64,000 nucleotides of DNA, taken from assembly GCA_000708835.1 (NCBI GenBank), contig DF237387.1:12975-76974 (forward strand), in the 5' to 3' direction. The position numbers and the translations under genes are program-made. The notes beneath the pieces were generated by a model that saw only the letters and a list, made by a program, of their open reading frames with translations, did not search any database and had not been told where the DNA came from. This DNA is from Klebsormidium nitens. Lineage: Eukaryota > Plantae > Klebsormidiophyceae. Of this stretch, positions 51,401-63,280 are shown in pieces; the stretch's first letter is position 1; each line of letters begins with the position of its first letter.

Positions 51401-54400
51401 GCGGCTGTGCAAGCGATGAGGTATCAAGTCGTCAGAATGAGGACCTCGGACAATCGATATACGGACAGATTCTGTAGATCGAAACGATCCTCGCCAAAAC
51501 TTGGGCAACAGGTATGCTTGCAAGGGTCAGACCATGGCAAAGCTGTTGGGAGGGAAAGCGCATAGATGTGGGCCAGGCTGCTTACCCATTGTCTTCGGCA
51601 TGCCTGACGGACGACCCACGTGGCGCGTGGGTGATCTTGCTGCTGACCACGTGCTCGTGTTGAAACATGGTCTTGAATTGCTTGAGCTGGGTGTCGTACT
51701 CCATTTTCTCGAAGATGTCGTCGTTCTCGTAGAAGAGCGGAAACTTGTTGTACCTGCGTCAAAAGGACAATGGTGTCGTGACACGCTCTGACGGTTCAAC
51801 ATACGAGGTGAATACGTATTCCACTTCAAACCATCGTCACTCTGGGAAAAGATCGACAAGCTTGGTGGACCGAAGGAACATAAAAGGGAAAAAGGTCAGT
51901 GCAACCGACAGCAACAATCGACAGCAACAACGGGAGCTGAGCCATTCCTTGCCTAAGCCTATACGCAAAAACTCTGAGAGAGAGCACAAGTCCCTTACCA
52001 GGCGGCCCTTGAACTGAAGTCTGGATATGAACCGGGCTCCGGGAACAGGATATGAAACGTCTGGAAGAGCTGGAACGCCACGGCGCCAACGGCGCACTCC
52101 TCCACGTTCTTGTGGCGGAAGCCTCCGAAATATTCAAGCCGCCCGTTCTGAAAAAGTGAGTACTGACTGCATAAACAACTCGAACTGTACTGGCTGATGC
52201 TTCTAAATCATGTTTCTGGCTTGGCTTCAGTGGAGGCAGATCGAGAAGAACTTCGTACTAAAGGGGCTTCAAAACCTGACGCAACCCCTACATAAGCGCC
52301 TTGAGAACGTTGGCCTTCAGGGCATTATAAGACCGTTTCAGGACTGCCTCGACGGGAAGTTCAGGCTAATCTTTCGTTTCTCTTCATCCAAAACACGCCG
52401 CGTCTTCACCGCTTCAGGGCTCTGCCACGTACTACTTACCTTGTTCGTTTTGCCGCAGTAGCTGACGCCGCCCACGAAGAGAGGGACGTCAGGTCCAACA
52501 TTAGTGAACTTTTTGCAATACAGATCCGGGAGGTCGATGCTGCGGCCGTCATCGCCACGAAGGACAAACTGGTGCGAAGCCAGAAACATTCCCCTGTCGC
52601 AAACGAAAGAGAAACTTACGGCTCTGAGCACAAACCAGTGGCAACCAAACGCACATGTAAGATGTCGAGTGCTCCACGGTCTTAGTTTGCTGCTAAGCCA
52701 AACAGCAGTGCTTCGCACAGGAAACCTCGATAAAGTTGGCGCCAGGTTAGCTCGGGGTTAAGATGGGCGCAAAACCTTAGAGCCACCGAAGGAAGCCGAC
52801 AAGGCGCTCTCAATCTCAGTGCTCAGTGCAGCTGTCCCTCAGTGACAGCGCTCACTTGAAGGCCAGCTCTTACCTCATTGTGGTATGCTGATGGGCTGAA
52901 TCCACCTCCTCGCCGTCGTTGAAGGCGGTGTTGGGACAAGCTGCATAGAGCCAAGCCTGACAAAGCCGCAACTTCTCCTCCGCTGTGTACCCGTCCGACT
53001 CCGTCCCCGCTTGGCGGTCGGCGCAAGTCCTGCAGATAATACTTGAAGCTTCAGCCTTTCATGTCCGCTTGTTGTTTGATCGAAAAGTCTTTGACTGTTG
53101 GAGTCGGTTTACGATTTTGACACCGAAAGTAGCACTATGCAGTAGATTAACAATTTGAAAGCGTTAGTTGAGAAGCAGAGGTGCAAGGAAACAAGCATAA
53201 AACTGGATTCAAAACGTTAGAGACGTGTGACCGGTGTTCCAAAGGTCCTCCTAATCAGTGGGAAGGACATATTTGGGTCCGCTTTGATATACGAGATGTC
53301 ATGCACCACAGCCTGACGCCTCGCATATTTCCCACAGCTATCACCATAGCCTCTTGCCTATGCGGGGACGGCAAGACGGCATCGGAAGTAGTGACGCAAG
53401 TTCATGCATACGGTGTTCGGACCACAATAAATGAATTGTGGAAATCGAGCTGGCACCCCACCGGATTTTCTTCTGCCCTGTGTTGAGCTGCGCAGCTTTG
53501 AGAAGTTGTTGCATGGTTGGTATAGCGCGAACGTCGCAAGATTGCTCGTGTATGCCGTCGAGGTTGTCTTGAACGAGCGCGAAAAACTGCATGCCCTTGA
53601 CGAAGTTGTTGACAACGCCGAATGACTGCAAAAGGAACGAAAGTCCGAAGGTCAATGTCGGAGTGTGAGAGTTTTGTGACTTTCGGTGCACTTGCAACGA
53701 GCAACGGAGTCCCCTCTCTGAGCGTCGGCGAAAGCTCTTCTAAGGCCCATACGACTTTCATGATTCACAGTGGCGAATCAAGACAAAGATCCAGAGAACT
53801 TTCTTACTTTTGTATCAGGTACAGGCAGGTAGGTGCAAGCAGGCTCAACGTAACATGGAGCATCTACTGGCAGATCTGATGAGAGATGAAGAATTTAATC
53901 TTTGTTACAAGACACAAGACACAGACCTGGACCAAAACTGGTGGGGCGCTGAGGCACGTGTTCGTTTCTACTGTTTGTAACATCGTCAAGGAAAACGATG
54001 CCCATCTCCAGCGACCCACTTATCCTTGAGCTTACCATATCCTTGTTGTTGAGTTGGCCGAGGAGATTGACCGCGAGAGCAATCCTGCTGGTGGTGATGC
54101 GCGGGCCGCATGCCCACTCCGGAAGAGCCTCTTGGCGCAGCAAACCTTGGACGTAAGGATTCCGCGGGGGAGCCCACGGACCATCGGCGGTGCCGTGACC
54201 GTTGGTTCTGCAGAAGTTCTGGAGAAGGAAGCAAAATGAATGAGACTCTTACAAGTTGCCACAAAGTATACGACTGGCTGGCTGGACTGGTGGGTACGAG
54301 CGGGTTCCGTAACTACCACGTGTAGCAATAGTGCCAATTCGCTCAAGCATGTGTGTTGTCGAGAAGAACCCCTACGGTCTTAGGTCGGAACTTTGCAGTT

Positions 54401-55639
54401 TCATTCTCGCTCCGAACATTCTTGAAGAACTTAGCAGGCAGGAGACGCGTTACTGTAAGCGATACTTTGTGAGGGGGCTTGAGCGCCGTAGGGTCAGAGA
54501 TTTTTACAAGCTGACGTCAGCAATACTCGGAGGAACTGCAGTACCTAACCGGACAATAATTCTGAACCCGACTTTGAGACGGACGGTTGGACTCCTTCGA
54601 GCGCTTCAAACCAAAAAAACGAAAGAGCTATTGCATTCGCTGTTATCGACTGTCCGCAAGGGCCTGGAACATTGCGAGCTCGCGGTTCGTGGACATGAGC
54701 TGACGTCAGCAACACCTGATCAATTTGCGCTTTATGGAACGACACTCTTTTCAAACAAGACGGTGTTATGTAACCGTTGGCCGTTTCAAAGCTGTAGCAC
54801 GGTATCGCAACGCTGTAGCGACTTTTCAAAAACGGACTGGACTACTGCCGGCTTGGAGGTGCTGACACGAGATGACGTCAGCAATACGGTGAAGAAGCAC
54901 ACTGTCTGGCCACACCCTTTTTAGAAAGCACTTCGGACAGGCATTTGGAACCGCAGATTTTAATGGAGCCCCCGCTCCTTGATTGCGAATAGAAAGACGA
55001 CCGCGCACTCCTAATCATTTTCTGCCAAAGAGGTGATAACGCCCGGTCGAAAGTGTGAACGCACCTTGTACGTCCTCAGTGCCCGAATGTAGTCCTTGTA
55101 ACTCTTGGGCTTCAGCTCGTCGACCTTCATGATGGCTGCGGTCCAGTTGGCCTGCGCTTGCTGGTCCTCATGGCTCATGTGCCCAGGCACCCCGGTTCCG
55201 CCCGGAGATTCCGCAGCATCAGCGGAACCCGGGGCCGCTTGCCCAGAAGTCTGCTCGCTTCCATTCCCAGAGGTCCCCGGCTCCGCTGAAATACCGTCGA
55301 GCACGCTAGTGCCCGCTCTCCGCCCCCCTCGCCTACTTCTCCCGGCCCCCGTGCTCCCTCCCCGACCGGTTGCCCTTCTCACCGGAGCCCCAGTCGCTCC
55401 CCCGGTCCCTTGGTTCCGTTTCCGTTTCCGTCGCGGGGCTTCCGGCTGTGGTTCTTGGGGGATCCCCTCAAAGTTCGGCGATAGGACGTCCCCGCCGCCA
55501 GCAGCAGCGGCAGTCCTTCGGCCGCGCAAATCGATGGGCACGTCTTCGCTGTCTTCGTGCTCTTCCTCGCAGGTTGAGCGCGGTGGAGGTGAAGCTGGGC
55601 CCGGATTCTTTTCGATGCCGCTTCGAAAGAGCAGAATCT
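48463..55639 (-). CDS. Crypton-type tyrosine recombinase/transposase (NDC10 domain II-like YR + C-terminal GCR1_C), preceded by a 2A-like peptide
   Basis: Ten exons join without stop or frameshift: 55065-55639, 54036-54218, 53462-53625, 52874-53029, 52440-52593, 51999-52147, 51586-51753, 51037-51265, 50363-50635, 48463-49827 (3416 nt). Motifs: DRQAGTESDGYT, FVLRGDDGRSIDLPDL, GKTNKNGRLEYFGGFRHKNVEECAVGAVAF, PDFSSRAAWYNK, KITHAPRGSSVRHAEDNG, RLGRW, FRTSYLNQLP, KIFPW, AAQRFVELLIELRAVILQDVAVL and GCR1_C-like YTVGRDYQCVAQYWSEWAHG..LRDLEDLYGCSWRR..YFSKFRKL. Confidence 0.92.
48988..49470 (-). repeat. Coding tandem repeat, about 16 units of 30 bp (10 aa; consensus ~ADSRAPEGGA), in the Crypton last exon
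   Basis: TDGSTPDGGA ADSCAPDGGA VDRREPAGAS ADSCVPPKGGA SDSRAPEGGA SDSPAPAGTS ADTRAPDAVA ... ENSRAPERVP AYSSAPEGGP. Confidence 0.9.
55596..55619 (-). other. 2A-like (StopGo) ribosomal-skipping motif GIEKNPG/P
   Basis: The minus strand reads ATT CTG CTC TTT CGA AGC GGC ATC GAA AAG AAT CCG GGC CCA = ILLFRSGIEKNPGP, in frame with the recombinase. Confidence 0.7.
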
Positions 55640-56132
55640 CTGAAACACAGATCACGAGCGATTACATAGCGTCGCACCTACTCACAAGAACCTGCTCGCA
55701 ACTTCTTCTGAGGTTGTGCTTCAATGTCCGTTGAGTTCTATCGGAGACTGTGGCGTGGTCTTTTAATCAAAGAGTATGGCCTTTCGACATGGTTCGAAAA
55801 GTAAGCTAGCGAACTTGTCAACGCCTTGTCATTGGTCAAACTAACATGTGTACCTCACTTGAGCACGTTGGCTGGAGGGTCGAAAACTGGGGTCAAAGCC
55901 ACTTGCTTCTGATCGAGACTGGAGTCGACAAACGCATTGCAAAGCAGCTTAAGTTGCTACACCATAGGTTGATCATAGAGTGCGAAGCAGACGATGCCAA
56001 TCAGACCCCTAGAGAGGCCCACATTCCAAGATCATTAAAACGGCCTGGTTGTGGGGCATGAACAGATTCTAGTGCCTTTCAAAGTAACCAGGGATACAGA
56101 AGAGACAACATAAGATGGCATGGAAGACATAC

Positions 56133-57277
56133 CGATGATGGCTCGGCTTAGCGCTTGTTGGATCCCAATGTTGAGATCCTTATGGAACTTCTCCGGCAGC
56201 CCACGTTCGCTCTCCAGCCAGTAGCGAGTGCTTCCCACAGAGCTGGTCCAACCTGTAAACGAATGCTTGGCAATGAAGGAACGATCTCAAAATTGAAAAC
56301 AAAACTGAAACCTGTGACAATGCTAGAGCATCTCCGCACGTTCAACCTAGTGGCCTGTTAACAGAGTGAAAGTCGACTGTACTAGCTGATTTGGAAGCAC
56401 CACCTAAAGCTCGGGGCTCCTGCACGAAGCGGCCACGATAACTACCCACAATCGATATTGCAGACCCCCTCTACGGAACACCTTCTACCTTGAACAGGAA
56501 GATCTCAGATTGATGCGGCAGCCCTGGCGCATCACCTACCATATGGTGAGAGAAGATGCGATAAAGCTATCAGGAGCTGACCGCAACATTGAGCAATCTA
56601 GTAAAGTACATATCAGAAGGGTGTCTGATGCGGAAGGTATTTGGGGGCTCACACAGCAGTTGCCGTGCCGTTGCGAGAGCCGTCTCCAGCATCTTTCCGC
56701 GCCAGCTCTCTTGCAACTCGTGGAGCTCATTCAAACGGCGTGCAACTTCTGCTTGAGACTTGGCCTTGTCGTCAACCTGACGCTGCGTGCGTCCGTCAAT
56801 CCACTCTGCATGGTTGGAAGATGTTCTGTAGTCAGTCAGAAAAGCTGGTTACGAAGACTTCATACTACAAGGTTTTGCTATACTACTGAGGGTCACAGTC
56901 AGAAACTTCCCTTTCAACTGCTGAGCTGCTGTAGGCACCAAGGGGCAGTCTTGCTCTGTGCCAGGAACCAGCTTCATGGAAGGGGCTTTACTGAATTGCC
57001 AAGTACATTCCAAGCGACAATCGCCCCTGCACGAGCAAGATTCATACCCTTTGATCACCGAAGCAGAAACTGTTGTTGTAAGCAAGTATGATTTATCATT
57101 AGCAATCATCACCTTGGCGGTCAGGATCAATGCGGAAGTAGCCCGCAGCGACAGTTCCGCTGCGAGAGTCTGCTGGCTTGTGCTTCTGACATCGGTACTC
57201 CATTTTACCATGCTTGCCCCCAAGCCGTCCATGTGAAGCATGAGCCCCACAGCAATCACATTGGAGTTGGAAGACAT
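56133..57277 (-). CDS. Upstream in-frame exons of the Crypton transcription unit (Cys/His zinc-finger-like motif plus helical segment)
   Basis: Three phase-1/phase-1 exons: 57113-57277 (DVFQLQCDCCGAHASHGRLGGKHGKMEYRCQKHKP), 56653-56805 (EWIDGRTQRQVDDKAKSQAEVARRLNELHELQESWRGKMLE) and 56133-56252 (CWTSSVGSTRYWLESERGLPEKFHKDLNIGIQQALSRAII). The last phase-1 donor matches the phase-1 acceptor at 55639. A further candidate exon ends at 57771 (GGGG|GTAAG). The start codon is unresolved. Confidence 0.6.
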
Positions 57278-60200
57278 CTGCAGATGTCCAAAAGGATCTT
57301 TGAGATTTATCAAAGATGAGGAGATTCATCAAAGATGAGGAAAACAATCAGCATCATCATAAAGAGACGGGCTCCTGTGGCAACTTATACCCAACTTGTA
57401 TTCCTCGCACAAGCGGTCAGACTCGCACGTTGAAACAAAGGCACCAATAAAATCCAAGACCTCTATGGTTATCTAACCAAACGACTGCCAGGTCGGTGAG
57501 CTGCCAGGCTGTGGCATGTACGGCCCACCAAACTATCCCAATATTGCATCGGCCTCAGTCAATGTCATCAATGGACAAGGCTTCTGAAAGGCCTCCATCC
57601 ACATTTAGACACAACATAAGGGCAACCAGGCAAGTGAGACAGCCTGCTGCATGTATGTCCACGAAGCCAGGCGTCAAAGCAGATTAGTGAGAGGCATGCC
57701 AAAACTCAGAGCAAGAGTAGGCACTGTACATCTGACCTGGCATTCAGAGAAAAGAAATCAAAGCTCTTACCCCCTAGCTCTTCTATCATGATGGATGCCA
57801 TAGAGTCAGATGATGGCTTCAACACACTGCAGGGTGCAGACGACTCTCTAGCTGTGTATGGGCTGTCAAGTGTGGAAGATGCAGGAGGGTGGCTGTTTTT
57901 GTGATGCAGCTGGGTTCTCTGCTTTAGATTCGGATTGGTCCTATGCTTTGGAATAGAGGCATGATGGAATAGAGGCCTGACGAGCTGTAGCCCCAAGCGA
58001 GCTACCAGACAAGGAGGTGAGCTTCTGCAAGATGCTTAACCCATCCGGAACCCTCCCAGCAACTGCGATTGCCACAAGACAGTGGTGCCCGCAGCAGGGA
58101 AAAGAGGCAATCCTACTCAGCTGCTAAAGCTGACCGAAGAAGATGGAAGCATATGTCCTGGACCACTGCTCACACTGCACTCCTCCCAATGTTTTGACCC
58201 CCTTCTTCCCAGCAGAAGGTTCTGTCAAGGCGTCTTCCTCTCCAGCTCTCAAAATCTGGTTGTGGCAGTGGCAGTACCCGGCATTGGACAACCAACTTGC
58301 GGTACCAAGACTCATGATCTAATAGAAGTACCTAACAGGGCGCCCTGTGATCAAATTGAGGTATCAAAGTCTTCAGGTATTTGCAAGGTTTGGTTTGAAA
58401 TTTGAATTCTGAGCAGATGGGTTCAATCAACGGTTTACTGTGCAAATTGGTTTGCACGAGCGTCGGCGGCAGAGGGCATGCACGCGGCGGCGGGCAAAAT
58501 GACTTTGCCGTACGCGCTGTAGTACGAAGCAGGGCTACAGGTACTCACATAGACTCTCCAAGGCGTACAATTATTCCTTCAGTACTTAGGACTACTTTGT
58601 AGTGTCTTGATCGCACGATCGCATGGTTATCGCCCGGTCTAAAACCGGGGATCGCATGCGATTCCCAAGACTGTCGCCAGGGAAGGGGCGACTTATACGG
58701 TAGCTGGCCGGGAGCTGCACACATTTGGAGCGTCGCCAGCTGCTAGCTGGTGCCAGTGCTGGCGCCTCTGATCAGTCTGATGGGCCAGCATGGGCCAGCA
58801 TCGTCAGGCAATCAGGCAGGCGCCGTCATTTTGCGTGTGTCGCATGTACACCATCGTACTTCTGACGTGAGGGGCTCATCATTGGCAATGCATAATGAGA
58901 TTCAAGAACCAGCTGCACCAGGAGCGGAGTTAGGGCAGGAAGGCAGCTGGCGGATCAAGAAGAGATGGGGGGAGGATCGTACAGCTCATAGAAGGATGCG
59001 GAGGAAAGCAGGCTGGTTGACTGCTAACGGCTAATGCGTTCGGCAGTTTGGGAACGAGTATAGGCGTTTGGCAAGGCGGGCGGGCTACCTTCAAACGTGG
59101 CACAATTGACTGGGGCGTTGACAGAAGGGCCGGCCCGGCCGCTTCTCTGCACGGGGAATGCCATGAGTAGAGTGGATAAACGGCCGGCTAATCTGTTTTC
59201 TGGTCGGAATTGAAAAGACTGGAAGAGGGCAGGGCTGCCCAACTGATGCAACAGAACTGTTTACGATTGCCAGGGAGTCGTTGACAGGCCCTTGACAGGG
59301 GGTACGGGCCGGCACTGGAGGCGAGCAGGCGAAGTTCAGTTTGCGGCCCCTTTGCGGCGGACCTGCTGGCAAGTTGGAAGTGCGTTTTTATGACGGTGAG
59401 CCCAAGCAAGAGCAACAGCGGCAAGGTCATCTTCGGTCGCTTCGTGAAGGGGGAAGGAGGTTAGGAAGAAGGAGAACTTGGAGAACTCGAAAGCCGGTCC
59501 TTGCCAAAATTGTAAGAGACCTAATTTGTCTTCGAAGCTTCGATCACCTCGTGGCAGCGTTCTTTCTTGAAGAAGTGGAACGTTTCTGTGAGAATTTTGT
59601 GCAATGGTTTCCCAACTCTCAGGGTGCGAGCAGCTGTGGGGCATCTGCTACTAAGCCAGCCGTAAATATTTGACGAGATTCGGCGCCATCGGAGAAGTGC
59701 CGCTGATCATCTGATCAAGAAAAGGCCACTGCTGGAGATGCACCTCAGCATGGAGCCTTCGCTCGAATTTCGGAACGGCTGACCTGTACGCCGGTGTGAC
59801 GGTGCAGGCAAGTGTCGATCTGCTCAAGACAAAGTGAGGGCACTCGAAGAAGAGATTTGATGCTTTCGTCAGCAGCCGGGCAAAATCCTTCGCAGGTGGA
59901 GTCAGGATACAGGCCCGGGACTCGGCGGGTCTTGTGCAGTCGATGGAAAGTAGGGAGCGTTCAACCTAAGATCTGAGAAACGCTTTGTGTGGCCCGTGCA
60001 GAAGAGGTCTTAGAAGACAAGGTGTGAACAGCAACGCCACGTCAGGGTGCGAAAAGGTGAGTGAAAGTCCACGAAAGTGATATTGCATATCCTTATCCGC
60101 ATATAGCCGCATGAACAGTGTTGCTTTCAAAGATGCGGGGAGTGGGATTGCAAATGGGCTTGCAAAATGGTGACTAGGGGTAAGTGTCGTCGTTCATAAG

Positions 60201-61358
60201 GGATGTCAAAGCTGGTGAGTGGTAGACTCCCTTTTGCGAGATGGTCAACAATCGTGTTGTGTTCTTGGGCCTTTTCTACGTCTCGGTGAAAGGGTGGGTC
60301 GTGCGTCAACGCGTGGCCTGCGGTGCTTGGGGCCATCGCGCTGGTGTGCTTTCATATGCACGATCTCAGTGGTGCCTGTACGTGAGGCAATCTCCTCTGA
60401 ATCCGAAGAATAAGTGAGCGGTTAGACAAGTGGCAACTGAGTTCGTAAGGTTTCGACGTCCGCAGCAAGGCCCAAGTACGCAGGTAGGGCAGACTGCTTG
60501 ACGACAAGTCGTTGGATGGTGGGCCTTCATTAAGGCTATCTCAAGTGACGATCTATATAAAATCAATTGCACGACGCACGCCCGGCGCGGCGCCCTGGAA
60601 CGCGCCGTGATGTGTATATATGGTCATGCATCAAATTGCCACACTAAGTTTAGGCAACTACGCACAGTTGTGAATTTTGAAATCGAGGTGAGTCGGAAAC
60701 GGCATGTGGTGTTCAGCGTGCTGCATGTCAACGTACTGTGCGGTGTGGTGTGGACTGCGTCACCGACTGGAACGGTTAACTCGCGCGGTGTAGTTTTGCA
60801 GGCAGTAAGCGGCGAGCCCAAGTTGCAAACCGCCAATTAACGTGCGGTGTAACACATCCTCAACAGTGCGATGCCATGCGGATCGGCCGTCATTGATTGT
60901 AGTCCACGCGGTAAGAGTCCAAGAGGCTTTTACTAGCAGCATACGGTAGTGTTTGGGCTGCACAGTTTTTACCTAGTATAAGGCCCGTGGGACCCGGCGT
61001 CTTGTGTGCTCAATATCATGTAAAACTGGACATTTACAAGCCCTAAGCAAAATATGTCACCTATATCAATACAATAAGTAAGCATGGATGGCTAGTACAA
61101 GCATTTGTCGGTCTTGCCTTCTGCAAGTCGTCGCCTTGCACAACGGCTCAACAATTGCGAAGATTTGCTGGTAAGTCTGCAAGGCTTTTGGCACTATTTG
61201 GCAAGGCGTCATGCGGTTCTGATTAGCTCTACCGACCGCCAAAAAGCTGGAACTTGGCTGGACGCTCGAAGGACTGCCGGAGGCTATGGCGAGAGCAACA
61301 ATTGAAACACCAACAGCTCCTAACCAAACAACAGCCGGCAAGTCAAAGGACAAGTTAC

Positions 61359-63280
61359 CTATCTGGGGGTTAAAAACCTAGACTCGACCTGGACGGTCGA
61401 AGCGAGCTGCCTCGACCCTAAGTCGTAGCTGCCAGACAGGAAAGAGCCTGACCCATCAAGATCCCAAGCAGACCCGGCTCCCTGATTGGTCGACGCCACA
61501 CTCGTGTCAGCGGCCTGCTTGCTAAGCTGCCACCACACCTGGTCCATAGACGGCCGCCGAGATGGGTCCTTGCACAGGCAGCTCAGTGCGATTGCGATGT
61601 AGCGCTGCGCTTCAGCCATGTCGTACGCGCCACCAAGCAAAGGGTCGATCAGCTCCAGCACCCTCCCTTTGCGAGCGTACTCTTCCCCGGTTTCGGACAG
61701 TCGCTCGACCAGGCCGCTCTCAAGTTGCCGCACCACCGGACGCGCGGAGAGGACCTCCAGGCACAACACGCCGAAGCTGTAGACGTCGCACCTCGGGGAC
61801 AAGAACCGAGCTCCCCCGTGCAGGTATTCAGGGGCCATGTACGGCACGGTGCCCTTCACCATGGTGGACGTCACGTGGCCCCCCGCACCGCTCACCAGGT
61901 GTGCAAGGCCGAAGTCGGTGATGCACGCGCGCACCGGGGGTCCCTCCGCCAGCAGGATGTTCCCCGCTTTGATGTCCCGGTGCAGCATCGGGGGCTGGAT
62001 GTCATTGTGCAGGTAGTTGAGGCCTCGGGCAATATCTCGAATCACACCAGTGCGCTCTTCCCAGGTGAGCGCCGGTCCCCTGCCCTCCCTTGCAGCATGC
62101 AGCTGCCCGCCAAGGCTGCCATGCGGGAAAAACTCCAGGACGAGCAGGCACTCTCCCGCGTCGACGCAGACCCCCAGCAGTGGCACCAGGTTTTTGTGCC
62201 GGACCTTCTCGAGCGCCTCCACCTCCACGCGCCATGACCGCTCCTCCACATCGCCGCGCCCCAGGCGCTGCAGCAGCCGCTTCACCGCCACGACCCTGTT
62301 CGGACCTCTGGAAAGGGTCGCCTTATACACGATTCCGAAGGAGCCACGTCCGACGACATTGGCATCGCTGAAGTCGTCCGTCCCCTCCCTAAGCTCGGTT
62401 AGTGTGTACTGCCCCTGATAACGTGGCAGCGGGGAATTATGCTTTGGGGGTTGCCTCGGCTGGGGCCTTGAACCAGGTTGCGGGGATAAAACAGGTGGCT
62501 CCGACGTCGGGCGTCTCTGAGGAGGCTGCCGCGGATTGGGCTTTGGGATTCGGGATGACTGGGCATGTGTCGTAGAGTGGGGGGACAAAACTGGCGCAGA
62601 AGGAGCTGGGTTTGTCGGGGCAGAAGGGAATGTGCCCGCTGAGGACACCAGGTTTTCGGCCCCATCTTCTGCGTCTTCTATTTTCTCCAGGGCCACCCCA
62701 GCCTGCCGCATCTGGTGGCGCCTTTTTCTATGGTATAGGACACCCAAACAAATGGCAAGGAGGAGCAAAGTCGCCCCCGCAACCACTGCCCCGATGATGA
62801 TGCCCAAGGGTTGATTATTTCTTGGCCATTGCAAATCAGGGTTCCCGTCAAGGATATCTTTCTTATCAAACTTCACCAAAGTACTAGGAACCATGCCAGA
62901 GAGATTGTTATGTCCCAACAAAAGGCCCCAGAGGTAGGCGGGCTTGCCAAGTTGTGAAGGAATGTTGCCAGACAGCGAATTGAAACTCAAATCCATTAAT
63001 TGGAGTCTGGTGAGATTGCCAAGCTGAGGAGGAATGCTGCCAGACAGCAGATTGTTTCCCAGTTCGATGAATTCGAGGTTGGTCATGTTGCCAAGCTGAG
63101 GAGGAATGCTGCCAGACAGCTTATTGTTCTTAAGTTTTAGAGATTGGAGTCTTGTCAGATTCCCTAGCTCGGGAGGAATAGTGCCTACCAGGTTGGGGCC
63201 TTTAAGGTCCAATTCCGTCAGATTTGTGAGCATACCTAGTTGAGGTGGTATGGTCCCATTAAGTTGTATGTAGTCATAGC
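61359..63280 (-). CDS. Leucine-rich-repeat receptor-like kinase (RLK/Pelle family); 5' exon unresolved
   Basis: Plant-type LRRs (LxxLxLxxNxLSGSIPPQLGNLT), TM IIIGAVVAGATLLLLAICLGVL followed by HRKRR, and a Pro-rich juxtamembrane region. Kinase motifs: VGRGSFGIVYK, VAVK, HKNLVPLLG, HRDIKAGNILL, DFGLA, GTVPYMAPEY, DVYSFGV, CLCKDPSRRPSM. An acceptor (ctaac..cttag) lies at 63281. Confidence 0.93.

Larger units (their letters stand above)
48463..57277 (-). mobile_element. Crypton (CryptonF-like) DNA transposon or domesticated derivative; termini not defined
   Basis: Intron-containing YR + GCR1_C architecture is the established signature of CryptonF elements. Element ends could not be identified by eye. 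Confidence 0.7.

Noticed and set aside
60968-60996. Helitron-like 3' end on the minus strand (gccgggtcccacgggccttatactag)
   Set aside because: The hairpin pairs poorly, the CTAG is followed by G rather than T, and no Rep/helicase or 5' TC end is identifiable.
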